A DNA stretch of 64,000 nucleotides. Source: the human T2T-CHM13v2.0 reference genome, Homo sapiens. The translations under genes were made by a program, and so were the position numbers. The notes below the pieces were generated by a model. It worked only from the letters and a program-made list of their open reading frames with translations, was not told the DNA's origin and made no database searches. Where the stretch lies: the NCBI RefSeq assembly GCF_009914755.1, contig NC_060933.1. One strand, given 5' to 3'. Below, piece after piece: positions 29,663-43,779 of this stretch; position 1 is the first letter of the stretch; every line of letters starts with the position of its first letter.

Positions 29663-30420
29663 CAAAACCACAATGAGAGACCATCTCACACCAGTCAGAA
29701 TGGCGATATTAAAAAGTCAAGAAACAAGAGATGCTGGCGAGGCTGTGGAGAAATAGGAATGCCTTTACACTGTTGGTGGGAATGTAAATTAGTTCAACCA
29801 TTGTGGAAGACAGTGTGGCAATTCCTCAAAGACCTAGAACCAGAAACACCATTTGACCCAGCAATCCCATTACTGGGTATATACCCAAAGGAATATAAAT
29901 CACTCTGTTAAAAAGATATTATGCACACGTATGTTCATTGCAATCCTATTCACAATAGCAAAGACATAAATCAACCCAAATGCCCATCAATGATAGACTG
30001 AATAAAGAAAATGTAGTACATATACACCATGGAATACTATGCAGCCATAAAACAGAATGAGATCATGTCCTTTGCAGGGACATGGATGGAGCTGGAAGTC
30101 ATTATCCTCAGCAAACTAACACAGGAACAGAAAATCAAACACTGCATGTTTTCGCTTATAAGTGAGAGCTGAACAATGAGAATACATGGACACAGGGAGG
30201 GGAACAACACACATTGGGGCCTGCTGGGGAGGGGGGTCAGGGGAGGGAGAGCATTAGGAAAAATAGCTTATGGATGCTGGGCTTAAAACGTAGGTGATGG
30301 GTTGATAGGTGCAGCAAACCACCATGGCACACGTTTACCTGTGTAACAAACCTGCACATCCTGCACATGTATCCCCAGAACTTAAAATAAAATAAATAAA
30401 ATAACATAACATAAACAAAA
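29663..30420 (+). mobile_element. 5'-truncated L1PA (about L1PA10-13) ORF2 end and 3'UTR
   Basis: CAAAACCACAATGAGA..CATCTCACACCAGTCAGAATGGC...CTGCACATGTATCCCCAGAACTTAAAATAAA; TSD AAATCCTGATTTCAT at 29648-29662 and 30507-30521. Confidence 0.93.
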
Positions 30421-31249
30421 GGCATTCAATTAAATTAAATTACACTTTGTCCTAGAAAAAATAAACAAATACTGTAAATAAATGATTTTCTATTTCATAT
30501 GAAAAAAAATCCTGATTTCATTTCCTTTGGAGTAGACAAGTTTAATCTTGGCCTTTGAGGAGGGCTGATTTTGCAGAGGAGACGGGAGAAGATGATTCAG
30601 AGATAACAGAAATCAGATTGGTTGGCAGCAATAAGGTTCTGAAAAAGTAATTCTGAGGCCCAGGATGCCACTCAGGGGCTGACGGGATGGGGAATTGGGT
30701 CTAGAATTCAAGGAATCTAGGCATGGTTTTACGGTCCTGGTTCCAACAAGAAACTGGATTGCCAACTGTGAACCCCAGCCTCCTCTCCACAGGCAAGTGG
30801 GCAGGGCCTGCTGAATGGCGGCTGGGCTCCAGAACCGGATGGTGGTATCAGCCCTTCAAGCTAAGAGGAGCTGAGGAAGAAAAGTCTGCCCCCTTGCGGT
30901 CCCCTTTCCCTGCCTGTTTCTACTCCGTTCCTTTTGGGACCCTTGGCTGTCTTGCCAGTCAGCTGTCCTGCTCCCACCTGGGAACCTGGGATCTCACTTA
31001 GTCAGCCTGAGCTTGCCCTCGCCTGTCCCGGCCATGGCACATTATACAGCCATAGGAAGGCTGCTGCGTCGTTGTTGACCCCTGGGATCCAGCCCTGCCT
31101 CCAGTGCCCAGCCACCATCTTACAAAAACCATGCGATCCGTAAAGCATGGGGACCTGCTGACAAAATACCAACTTCAGATACACTATCTTCTTTTAGTCA
31201 TTTTTGAACATGTTTGACATAACCAGTGGAGACTTTAAAGATGGTTTTC

Positions 31250-31495
31250 CAAACACCGCATGTTTTCACTCATAGGTGGGAATTAAACAATGAGAACACA
31301 TGGACACAGGAAGGGGAACATCACATACCAGGGCCTGTTGTGGGGTGGGGGTAGGGATAGCATTAGGAGATATACCTAATGTTAAATGACGAGTTAATGG
31401 GTGCAGCACACCAACATGGCACATGTATACATATGTAACAAACCTGCATGTTGTGCACATGTACCCTAAAACTTAAAGTATAATTAAAAAAAAAA
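31250..31495 (+). mobile_element. 5'-truncated L1PA4/5-like 3'UTR with TSD
   Basis: GCATTAGGAGATATACCTAATGTTAAATGACGAGTTAATGGGTGCAGCACACC...ACTTAAAGTATAA plus poly-A; TSD AAAGATGGTTTTC at 31237 and 31496. Confidence 0.95.
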
Positions 31496-31886
31496 AAAGA
31501 TGGTTTTCATGGGTTATGTCCAAATGAGTGCAGCGACAAGCCATCCAGTGTCTGGCACTTTGGAAAGCCTTCGACCATTGACTGGGTACAAGGCAGTCAT
31601 TCGTAATCCACATCCACACTCAATCCTGAAAAATAGACTTTCAAGTCCTTAGACCCCTGACTCCCAATTCTAACATCACACTAGCTCTGCCTGCTCCTGG
31701 GCTTCATGTCCTTTAGAGAATCCAGATCTCTTCTCTCTAGTCAGCTCAGATAGGAAAGCATTAAAGGCCAAGAATTTTCCAGGCCACATCCATATTCTGA
31801 GGCTCTACACTCACACACACACAGAAAAGGATTACTAAATTGGGGTTAAAAATTGAGGTTAAAATACTTGCATCAAACAAGTTAAA

Positions 31887-32502
<616 letters not shown>

Positions 32503-33769
32503 ACAAGTTAATATTTTTAATGCAAAAAAGCATGACGCAATATAATTGTGTCACTCACCACATGGAAGATTAGTTTAAAACATGAATTTGTAGGTGTATG
32601 ATCTGGGAGGGGATACAGGTTTTTAATTGTATAATAGATATTATTATCTTTCAATCATTTAGACTAATAATTTCACTTGGATATGAACCCAAGGGGTACA
32701 GTTGAAGGCCGTTTGTGAAGGCCATGGTTGGAGTGACCCCCTGATCCCCATAAAGGCTGGATTCTGCATTATATGAGCTTATCTCTTCAAAAGCAAACCC
32801 CTCCTCAACTTTTCAAATTACCCCTGTGAGGTTGAAGATGCTTAGACATAATCCAGTCCCAATGATTGACACCAGCAGAAGTACCTACGGGGAATGAAAA
32901 CACAAAATGTATTCAGTTTGATTCCTGTATGCATCCCTGTCCCTCTCTCATGCTGGCCATGACTAGATTTCTAACTTAATATTTCCAAAATAATGAAGGT
33001 CTTAGTGGGGATGGAACAATGATGAGGAGGAGAAAAGGAAAAGTCCAGGTAACAAAGGTCATTCTGGCTCCTAAGTGACCAGCAGGAAGGAAGTTCTCCC
33101 ATCTTCTTCTGATCCTTCCAGGCTCCCTGCTGAAGGCGTCCTGTAGGAAAATGTCACTTAAGAAGTTGAAGCACAAGCAATACCGACGTTTGCCAGACTT
33201 CCCACTCAGCTTCCAACTGCAAGCAATTGACCATTCGCGTGAACAACGACAGGGCTTCCTAGGCTTCCCAGGCTTCTTAGCGTGGCCTCTTATGTTGATG
33301 AGATTCCTCCACTCATAAGTCTCTAGGGAAAGCAGGGCCCCTTCCTCCTACCAAGATGAAAAAGTCTTGCTATTCATCTCCCCAACCCTCCCAGCAGCTA
33401 GGACATGGCCACATGCTTTAAAGGTGGTCGACAAACAGTACCCACCCAGCACTTTGAATCTTGAAGGAGTAACATCCAGGCTAAAGTTCAATTAAAGTTA
33501 CTCACAGTGGCCTCAGAGATACAAGCAGTGCTGTGGAGAAGGGCCACTGCTGGCAATGCCAGAGGGCAAGCTTACGGAGGCCGTCCCTCCAGTGGGACTG
33601 TGGCTCTGTGTCCTTGCACCCCACAGAGGCCCCTTCTTCAGCCTTCCTCTCAAGTGCATGATTCCCTGATAACCTTTACATTAATATTCCTTCTCTTTAA
33701 ATTAAACACAGTACACTTCTGTTGTTTGCAACCAAGAATACAGACACAGATACAAATAAAATACAAATT

Positions 33770-34350
33770 ATGTTGGAATCAGCTGATTTCCTGCCCCTTT
33801 TTTGTTGGCATCAAGAGGGGCCACATGTCACATGTCTTGCTTTAGTGCAAGAAATGGGAGTAGAAATGACCATGTGTCACTTCTGGGCAGAAGTTTTGAG
33901 AACCAGCCTACAGTTTGCTCTGTCTCGTTTCCTTCTGCCACAGATCACCATGTTTCAGATACACCAGGGATCAGCCAATTTGCTCTGTAAAAGGTCAGAA
34001 AGTAAAGATTATCTTCATTGTGGGCCATACTGCCTCTATTATGACAACTTAATCCTGTTGTGGTGGTGTGAAAACGGTACATAAACAAATAACCATGTCT
34101 ATCTTTCAATAAAACCTGATTAACAAAGACAATAGCAGGCCAGATTCTGCCACAGCTCACAATTTCCCAACCCTGAAATTGAGAGAGTTCTGTCCACCTC
34201 AGTCCTAGAGTAAAGAGATAAGCAGCAGAAACTCAGCAACTTCCAACACACATATAGCAGGAGTGAAAAATCCAACTTTGTGTTTGAAAATCACTAAGCT
34301 TTGGGGGTCATTTGTTACCACAATGTAACTCAGCCTATGCTGACTGATAC
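33770..34350 (+). mobile_element. MLT1 LTR split by MER58A
   Basis: GAAATGGGAGTAGAAATGACCATGTGTCACTTCTGGGCAGAAG...TTTGTTACCACAATGTAACTCAGCCTATGCTGACTGATACA. Confidence 0.7.
33965..34175 (+). mobile_element. MER58A (hAT-Charlie DNA transposon)
   Basis: CAGGG...CCCTG termini; CTGTAAAAGGTCAGA..GTAAA, TGTGGGCCATAC, CAATAAAAC. Confidence 0.8.
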
Positions 34351-36005
34351 ATGAGTACGAAAAGATAATCTCCATGCAAGTAAACAAAAATTGATTTTTG
34401 TATGATTTGATGAGGTTAGATCTACAAGAGGTGGGGAAAACTTCTTTACCTCTCAAGGTCAAAAAGCAAAAATAAATTCTTTTTCTTTCTGTGATACAGT
34501 TTCACATCAACCACTGGTGCCTGTAACCCCATGACCCTTATCATTACAGAGCAGCAGTTTTGTTCTGTCTCATGAACACTGGAACAGAAGCCCAGAGGAC
34601 TGGACTCCAGTTCTCAACTCACTTCGAATTAGTTGTTTAACTCTGAACTGCTCACATTCCACTCCCAGTCTCAATTTCCGCATGTGCAAAACAAAAAGCT
34701 GTGCCAGCCCACAGCATCGTCTTCAACCTCTCCTACTTAGGGCTTTCCTAAGAGCACTGTTTACTGATGACTGACAGCAACAAGAGGTTCAAAAATGACA
34801 ATGAGTAATCAAAAGCCTCTTTTGAAATGGATCCCGTTTGCTGGGATGTGGATGTTGAGCAAAGACACAGCTCTTCGGAAAGTGGGGAACATTTTCCAGG
34901 CCCACAAGAAGCAGCGTGATAGAGCCAGTGGAACAGAGCCGTGGGGATGAAACTGAGTTTTGTGCCCATGTTTCTCTGTATCCCTACTGAAAATTTAACA
35001 CTCAGCCGTTTCATCACTCTTGGCCTCGGGAAGAAATTCCTTCATGCTCCTTGGTTGTTTCCAATGAATGTTCTCATCTCAGATCAAGGCTAAATGCAGA
35101 AAAGGGGGACCACTCACTTCTTTCTTTACTTTGATGCCCACAAGGGGTTGAGGAGCTTCTCAGAGCCAACAGTGCGTGTGCCAGACCCAGCCCAGCATCT
35201 GGTGCCCGTGGGATCTGTGCATGTGAGATCCCAATTTAATCCCCATGCCAGAGGCTTAATCCCTGAACTCTGAATCAGTCCTTGGCAGAGAGAAGGCTCT
35301 TGGCCGACTTGTAAATTTCCATCCTTCAAGCCACCTCAGGCCAATCAACAGCTCAACAACCTCCTGCGTTCCTCAGGGAGCCTCTACACAGCCCCACCCG
35401 CACCTCCAGGTTGAGACACTCAGTCATGGAAGGGCGGAAGAGAGGGGGCGTCAAAACCCTCATCTGCTCCAAAACTCTGTCCTAGCCACCTGGCCCCTGA
35501 CTGAAAAAAAATTGGCCAAACCCTAGTCTGCAGTATTCTCTACCACAGGCAATCTTGGGTTACATCAACCCATCAGTAGCTCTGAAAATATTGTCAGGCT
35601 ACTCTTCAGGCTAAGTAACAGGGAGCAAGACCCTAAAGATTATGGGACAAGTTGAATGAGTATGTGCCTGTGTCTGCACATGGCAGATTATGTGCATGAA
35701 TTAGGAATGGAGCCTGCGACAAGAAAGCTGAAAAAACTTGAAGATGTAACAGGTTTGAGCAAAGCATTTTAAGGGAGGATCTGGAAAGGCAGTAAGCAGA
35801 TAGTAGGGGAATACTGAGCCCTGGGGAGAAAAAAAAACAAAAACCTCTATGATCACTGATATTATTATTTGAGTAGGCAAAGTATTTTCACATACATATT
35901 CTCTCATTTAACTTCCCTTCAGAAACCACAAGACGTATATGAAAATGTAAACTTTCTATCAGAGGAACCCATGCTCTGAAACGGCTCACCCAAGGTGACT
36001 TGTGA

Positions 36006-36339
<334 letters not shown>

Positions 36340-36669
36340 CCATTTCTTCTACTTCTGAGTCCAGTGCTCTTTTTCCCGGGACACTGAGACTTAGTTCAAG
36401 ATTTGCCTGGGGCTAAACACACACCAGAGGTGGACATGCCCTATGACAAAGGAACACATGGCCTCTCAGTGCCTGATTGGGAACCCAGCTGCCAGCCGTC
36501 ACAGTGCCAAGATGGGGCAAGGGGAGGGCAGGCTGGAGCCTGGTACCCGCTCATCCCCAGCACTCCTGCCACACCTGGAACCACATCAAGCCCCGACAGC
36601 CTCAAACGCAGTGCCCTGGGGCCTTGACTTCATTTGTTTCTCACTTCGTATCAACAGTCAAGATTTAAA

Positions 36670-36845
36670 ATTATAATAATAATCAAAATCATTGAGTCCC
36701 TCTGATGGCAGGACACCTGATGTACACTGGGCATTTTACATGAGATATTTAAAATAATTCTAACCACCCTTTGGGGCTGTTACTGCATCTTCTTTTTGTA
36801 AGAACACTGAGGCTCAGAGAGGTTAAGTGGTTTGCCTAAAGTCCC
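36670..36845 (-). mobile_element. MIR
   Basis: ACTGAGGCTCAGAGAGGTTAAGTGGTTTGCCTAAAGTC core. Confidence 0.75.
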
Positions 36846-37928
36846 CCTGGGGACCTGCTGAGGATGCAGGCCAGCTGTGACCAGTGCTCCTCACAGCAGC
36901 ACCACCACACCCCAGGGCCAACTGAGACACAAACATCAGTGTCCACAGGGGCCACGGAGGGAGGGAAAATTGTTACCAGAAAAAAGAGAGAGCACAACAC
37001 CCACATCACTGCATAGACAGGGCTGCGACCTGGCCACAGTAACCTGGAAAACCTTGCAGCTGTGGGAGAATGGTGAGGAAGGAAGTTAGGCTTTCCTTCC
37101 TGAACCCCAAACCTTTCCTCGCCTCCTTTTCTCTGTTTACGAAATCTGTCTTTGATTACTAATCAACAGCATTTTCATTATTAACATAACTCTCTAGTAC
37201 ACGTGAACCATGCTATAATTAAACAGAATTTATGTTCAGTAGATTTATAAAAGTCAAAGAATAATGGAAGAGAGATTTGAGTGTGAAAGTGTGAAACGCA
37301 AACAATAGGAGAGAAAGTTGTAAAGCAAAACATATGACATTCCTTCTGCATTTTTCTCTTGATTCCCAAGCCTTAAACCAACATTATGTGCATGAAAAAA
37401 TCATGATTGATTCTGGAAAATATTTTTTTAGGGCTCATTATTTTCCATCGAATCTCTTATGGGTAAGTTTTAAAATTTAGAATAAAAACCTAAATCCTTT
37501 GAATTTTCCATATAGCTTTTATTTTTTACCTCCAGCCCTAATCAAGTAGAACACATTATGTTTCCCCTATAGAAAAAGGTCTCTCTCATTCTTAAGCAGA
37601 TTTGAAAGAAATTGTAAACCAATCCAGTCTCAACACTGCCGATACATCTGGCAAGGCAATCAGAGTCAACACAGACCACAGAAGCCCAGGCTGGCGCTGG
37701 ATGTGAGCTGCAAGGATGAGGATGAGGACAAGAAGGGGAGGAATTTCACGTGCTTTTCTTTGTACTTGCCCAGAGTGAATGCCCGTCTCCTCCACTCTAC
37801 TCTGAGCCCGAAGGGAGATCTCAGACACACAAAAGAGAATTCGACACTAGGAAAGTTTCTGTGTATTTCTTAGCAGTATTTTTCTAAGCATACGTTATGA
37901 CGTACACCCTGGGTAGTGACTGTCTCCC

Positions 37929-37953
37929 CACGCGTGTGTGTGTGTGTGTGTGC
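37929..37953. repeat. Short (GT)n / alternating purine-pyrimidine tract
   Basis: CACGCG followed by a GT repeat ending GC. Confidence 0.9.
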
Positions 37954-38359
37954 CCACACACTCATCCTGACCACGGACTCTCCCCTCCTTTCACGACATC
38001 AACCTGCTGTGCCCCATTATCTCTGGCCTTTGTGGCTTAGAAGGTCAGAGACACTGTTCCCTGGATAAGATCCAGAAAAGGAAGGAAGCGGAAACAAAAA
38101 TGTTTTTGCAGTGAAGTGACCTGATTACACGCAGAGTGACTATTTCTAAGCCATCCTATAACTACCCCCATTCAGCACTGGAACCAAGCCACAAAAGCAG
38201 CAGAGGCCTCCCCCAGTGCCGTTACTGGCTTGGTGAAAACTGCGACTGCAAATGACAAAGCTGGTCTTTATTCCTGAGTGATTGTGAGTGCGGTGGGGAT
38301 GAAGAGTTTGGAGGGATAGGGACAGCTTTGCGGTGGCCAAGGGGCTTCCCCTCAGGTGA

Positions 38360-38515
38360 GTGCAGTTAAGGACAACTGTGGGTTCTGCACCAAAACATCA
38401 GGGTTGAAGTCTCGGTTTCACCATCTGCAAGCTGCATGACGTTAGATACGATTCATTAAAGCCTCTATGTCTCAGTATTCTTATCTGTAAAATGGGTGAT
38501 TATGAATTGGTTGTA
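38360..38515 (+). mobile_element. MIR
   Basis: CCTCTATGTCTCAGTATTCTTATCTGTAAAATGGG core. Confidence 0.7.
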
Positions 38516-38880
38516 ATGAAGTAAGTGAAGTGCCAGAAGGTAACAGTAGCTATTGTTATTGTATGGGGTCCTTACTAAGACCCACAACGCCCTTACCTCT
38601 CCCTCCCTCCAGAACATACGATTTTGCTCACAGGGTTCATCCTGGTCACTGATCTATTTCTCAAACATTCTATTTCTCACCAGGTCTCCATCCACCTTAT
38701 CCCTCTTCCCTGGAGCGTATCCGTGGTCTCCTCAGAGGCCTTGTTAGCTCACCAACACCACCCCCACCCCAAAATGCTCAGCACTGCATCATCCTGAGGG
38801 TTTCCCACAGAACACTGGTCATTGTCTGAAACTGTTCACTTTAAAAAAAAAATACTCATTTATGCTCAGTATCTCCCACT

Positions 38881-38974
38881 TAGAGTGACCTACTTATCCC
38901 AGTTTGCCCGGGGCTCTCCCAGTTTGGGCAGGAAGCCCCTCGGTCCAGAGCAATCCAGGACAGCGGCTCACCCC
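38881..38974. mobile_element. MER81-like (hAT-Blackjack)
   Basis: TAGAGTGACC..TCCCAGTTTGCCCGGG ... CCAGGACAGCGGCTCACCC, degenerate TAGGGTGACC terminal inverted repeats. Confidence 0.6.
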
Positions 38975-40094
38975 AGAGCCCAGGAGAAGGCCAGGGCAGA
39001 GGCCACCTTCTTCACTCCGTGTCTTCAGCACTAGAGAAGGCCCGACTCACAGCAGGAGCCCAAAACACAGGGAATGGAGGAAGAAAGGCATTAATATTTT
39101 TCTAAGAATTGTAATTAAATCAGTCTATCCAATCATGAGAGACTCACACCTCCTCTGATTTCTAATCTACAAAGCAGAGAGAATAAAAGTGGAAGTTACC
39201 AGGGTTGTAGATTTTTTTAGCTAGACAGAGCTTTGCTGGAAGGATGAGCCCAGACCACGCCTCTTACCCTACCGGGGTGGGGGAAATTAAGGTCCACAGC
39301 CTGATGGTCATTGCTAAGGTCATCAGCTGGTATGTAGCAGAAACAAGATCTCTCAGGATACAACTTACTGAGAAGTATTGTATGAACTGTAAAGCAATAC
39401 TTTGACATTAAGGTATTTACATTATTCTTTACTTGTAAATTTATGATCATTTTATCTCAGCAGGAATCCAGAACAAACTAGCCTTCATCTAAAGAATTAT
39501 GATTTATCTAGAACTCTTGAGTTATATTAAACTGAAGCACTACCCCCATCCAAGTTCCTAATCAATTCAAATTGCTTAAATGTTTACATATTTTCAATTC
39601 CTTTTTTATAAACTCAGCTTAACCACTTCCTAAGACATTGCCACTTTTTGTCACATGTAGTTCTTTGAAACCAAAGAAGTAGCAACTAAAGATAAAATCG
39701 TCAATGGACAAAAATCACCGATACCCACAGTCAGCAAGGTCTCAATGCAAATTTGTTGGCTGCTTAAAAGGACCAGAAGCACTAGACAAAAGCATACACT
39801 CCCAATATGAGTTTTCAAGGTTTTGTTATCTGATATTTTATATGGTCAGCCAGATCAACAGTGGTCCTTGTTCACATAGAGTATCTCAGATGACAGATGG
39901 ATATAAATTCATCCCCATTCATGCTAAGATCTAAATTCTATACATGCAGATAAAAGAAAGATATCTTGGAAGAAATTTTAACCTGATGTGAAATATAGCA
40001 CTTATTAACCATCATTCTAATCATCTCTAGTAGATATTTAGACAGCATTTAGCAATTTGCAATAGGAGTTCAGAAATTATCTTGTTTGAACTCA

Positions 40095-40535
40095 AATGCA
40101 AATCAGTGGGAGCAAAATGATGAGAACTTATGAATGCAAAGAAGGAAACAACAGACCCTGTAATTAGTCAATTAGTTGACTAATTACGGAAGTTTTCATC
40201 GCTAGGAAGTACCTAAGTCATCGGAGATTATTTTCATTTCTAATCAACCTTCAAGTGACACTGAAGTTCCTAATACATTGTTTATTTATTTATTTTAAAC
40301 TGAGACAGAGTCTCGCTCTGTTTCCAGGGCTGGAGTGCAATGTCCAATGACCCTCCTTGAAGGTGGAGGGTGGGAGGAGGGAGAGGAGCAGGAAAGATAA
40401 CTATTGGGTACTGGGCTTAATTCTTCGGTGATGAAATAATCTGTATATCAGACCCTCATTATATGAGTTTACCTATGTAACAAACCTTTCAATGTACCCC
40501 AAAACCTAAAATAAAAGTTAAAAACAAACAAAAAA
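40095..40535 (+). mobile_element. L1PB-like 3'UTR, interrupted at 40160/40351 by a templated insertion
   Basis: GTGGGAGCAAAATGATGAGAAC..AAAGAAGGAAACAACAGAC resumes as CTTGAAGGTGGAGGGTGGGAGGAGGGAGAGGAGCAG...AACCTAAAATAAAAGTT. Confidence 0.85.
40174..40353 (+). repeat. Dispersed direct copy of 41191-41386
   Basis: Shared exact block TTTTCATTTCTAATCAACCTTCAAGTGACACTGAAGTTCCTAATAC, plus flank and Alu tail. Confidence 0.93.
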
Positions 40536-40536
40536 G

Positions 40537-41160
40537 AAATGGTACAACCATTGTGGAAAACAGTACGGTGGTTTCTCATACGGTTAAAAATTGAGTTGCC
40601 ATATGATATGGAAGTGCTACTTCTGGGTATATCCCCAAAAGAATAGAAAGCAGGGCCTCAAAGAGATATCTGTACACCCACGTTCATGGCAGCATTCTTC
40701 GCAATAGCCGAAACATGGAAGCAATCCAAGCGTGCACTGACAGATGAATAGATAAGCAAAATGCAGTGTAGATATACCACAATGGAATATTGTATTAACC
40801 AGTCTTAAAAGGAAGGAAATTCTGACACAGCTTATAGCATAGATGAACCTAAATGAAAAGAACCAGTCACAGAAAGCAAATCCAGTATGCTTCCATTTAT
40901 ACCTGGTACCTAGAAGAGTTAAAATCAGAGAGGCAGAAAGGAGAATGGCGGTCGCTAGGGGCTTGAAGCAGGGACAAATGGGGAGTTACTATTTCATGAG
41001 TGTGGAGTTTCTGTTTTACACGATGAAAAGTGTCCTGAAGATGGATGGAGGTAATGGATGCACAACTTGATGAATGTGTTTAATACCACTGGATTCTACA
41101 CTTAAAAATGGTTAGGAGGGCCAATTTTATGTTATATGTATTCTTCCACAATAAAAAAAA
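40537..41160 (+). mobile_element. L1MB (L1MB3-like) 3' region
   Basis: CTTCTGGGTATATCCCCAAAAGAATAGAAAGCAGGG..., AAAAGGAAGGAAATTCTGACAC, CACTTAAAAATGGTTA...CCACAATAAAAAA. Confidence 0.85.
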
Positions 41161-41296
41161 TAACAAATTAAAGAAAAAGCAGAGAGGCAGAGTTGACTAA
41201 CTACAGGAGTTTTCATAGCTGGGAAGTACCTAAGTCATCAGAAATGATTTTCATTTCTAATCAACCTTCAAGTGACACTGAAGTTCCTAATACTTT

Positions 41297-41577
41297 ATTT
41301 ATTTATTTGTTTGTTTGTTTGTTTGTTTTTTAATTGAGATGGAGTCTCGCTCTGTCACCCAGGCTGGAGTGCAACGCCCACTGCCCGGGTTCAAGCAATT
41401 CTCTTGCCTAAGCATCCCTAGTAGCTGGGACCACAGGCATGCGCCACCACGCCCGGCTAATTTTTTTGTATTTTTAGTAGAGATGGGGTTTTGCCAGGCT
41501 GGTCTCAAACTCCTGACCTCAGGTGATCCACCCCCCTCGGCCTCCCAATGTGCTGGGATGAGCCACTGCTCCTGGCC
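41297..41577 (-). mobile_element. AluS with small internal deletions and TSD
   Basis: TSD CTGAAGTTCCTAATACTTT at ~41279 and ~41577; GGAGTGCAAC jumps ~24 nt of consensus. Confidence 0.93.
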
Positions 41578-43407
41578 TGAAGTTCCTAATACTTTAAATT
41601 ACTCTTCCCCTACTGATGATCTGTAAATAAGGTATTTTAAAAGAACAAAGTTCACTGTGTGAAAAAAAAATTGAGGAAATAAGCTGACTTTCCCAAGTTT
41701 ACCCAGCTACAATGGTGGGGAGTGGAATCTGAAGTCAAGCGTGTGTGTAGTACACAAATGTGCCTTTTATTTTCCAATTTTCTATTATCAGCACTGCTTT
41801 GGGAAGAAGATAGAGGAAAGAGAAGAAAAGACCCTCAGACCAATGTATACTTCTTTCACAAAACACACACCCAATGCAAATTACACAGTATAGTTAGCTG
41901 AGGGGCATAATTTGTCACACAAATAAACAAACACTATTTGGTTCCGTCTGTGGCTACTGCAGTTATAATGAAAATCTAAAAACAACTGTAATGCTTCTAA
42001 CCATAAAATTATAAGGCAAGAAAATGGATTTAGATAACTGTGAGAGCCTTAATTGTATGTTTGTAAACTCACAGACAAAGCTTTTACTCAAATTTAGCTC
42101 CAGCTCAAATAGCACACCCAAATCACACTTTCTATTTAGCCCTTCTCCTGCCGTATAGATCTAAGACCCCAGGCATTAGAAAACTCTGTCTTTACAAAAG
42201 CATGTGTATTGGGCGTGGAGAGGAGGGAGGAAATATAAGCAGCTTAATGTGGCAAAGGTAGCTGGAGAGATGGGATCCATGAAAGAAAGCACTCCGGGAC
42301 ACCTTAACTGCATTTGTTCAATTACACCTGATCAAAGAATTCCATCAGAACTCCAGTGTCAGAACTACAAGGAGCCAGAGATCCAATGTCCTCATTTTAA
42401 AGACATTCAGAGATGGCAAATAATTTCTTGGGCTCACACAGAAATTTATATGGCTCAAGTTCCCATAGGCCCATGCTGAGCTTCCTCGCACTTCACCTCA
42501 GCCAATGCTTGGTGACTATAGCAGCATCCGTTCCTGGCCAACCCAGTAGCAAGTTGTAGGGAGCCAGCCCTGTCTGTTTAGGGCTCCAGTCTCTTTCCCT
42601 CCTCCAACGGGCTGGGTGCAGAGAGGAGAGCCAGCCAGCCCCCTCCATTCCTCCTCCCAGCCCCTAATTCTAGTCTGGCACCAGCCCAGAAACTGGGGCA
42701 GCAGCAAACGTCCTGACAAACGTCCTGCCCTGGAGGAGCTGAGGACCACAGGCAGGAGACAAACGAGAACATGGCAGAGGGGGATGTGCTGTCCAGACAC
42801 TAGAGCAGGAGGGAGGCAGGAGAATGGGTGGAGTGGTGATTTTGGTAAGGGAAGAGCACTAAGCGTCTTGGATGTGACATTTGAGCAAAGACTTAAATGA
42901 TGAAATGGGAGAGAGTCGATGACTGGGGTAAGAACATTCCAGAGAGAGGAAATGGCAGGATAGAAAGGCGAGCAAATTCCTAAATGATGGTTGAACAACT
43001 CTGTGAATGAATATTCTAAAACCATCTAATTGCATACTTTCAGTGAGTAAATTGTGGAGTATAGGAATTACATGTCAATAAAGTTGTTACCAAAAAAATT
43101 GAAAGTAAATTTTAAACAACAGATAAAGGCACTCATGGTTTTTCAGGTGCATATTTTTACAAACCCTGTCTACACTCTTTTTGGACAACACTAGGGAAAA
43201 TTACATAAGGAGTGACATAGGTCCTTCTCACTATCCTTTCCCTCTTCCTTGTATTATCCTGCGCCCCAGCGTCTTCCTAAGAGTCTGAGGTTAACCTGTG
43301 GGTAGATTCCTGGGCTGCTGCTGGCATCATGCATGTTGGTCCCTACTGCCCCATAACTTGATTAGCAGCTTGACAGAGGCCTGTTATGCCTTAATCAGTT
43401 GTCACTA

Positions 43408-43779
<372 letters not shown>

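Noticed and set aside
38112-38361. Plus-strand CAG|GTGAGT donor with TTTTTGCAG acceptor
   Set aside because: The pyrimidine tract is short and the donor lies at a MIR edge; too weak to report.
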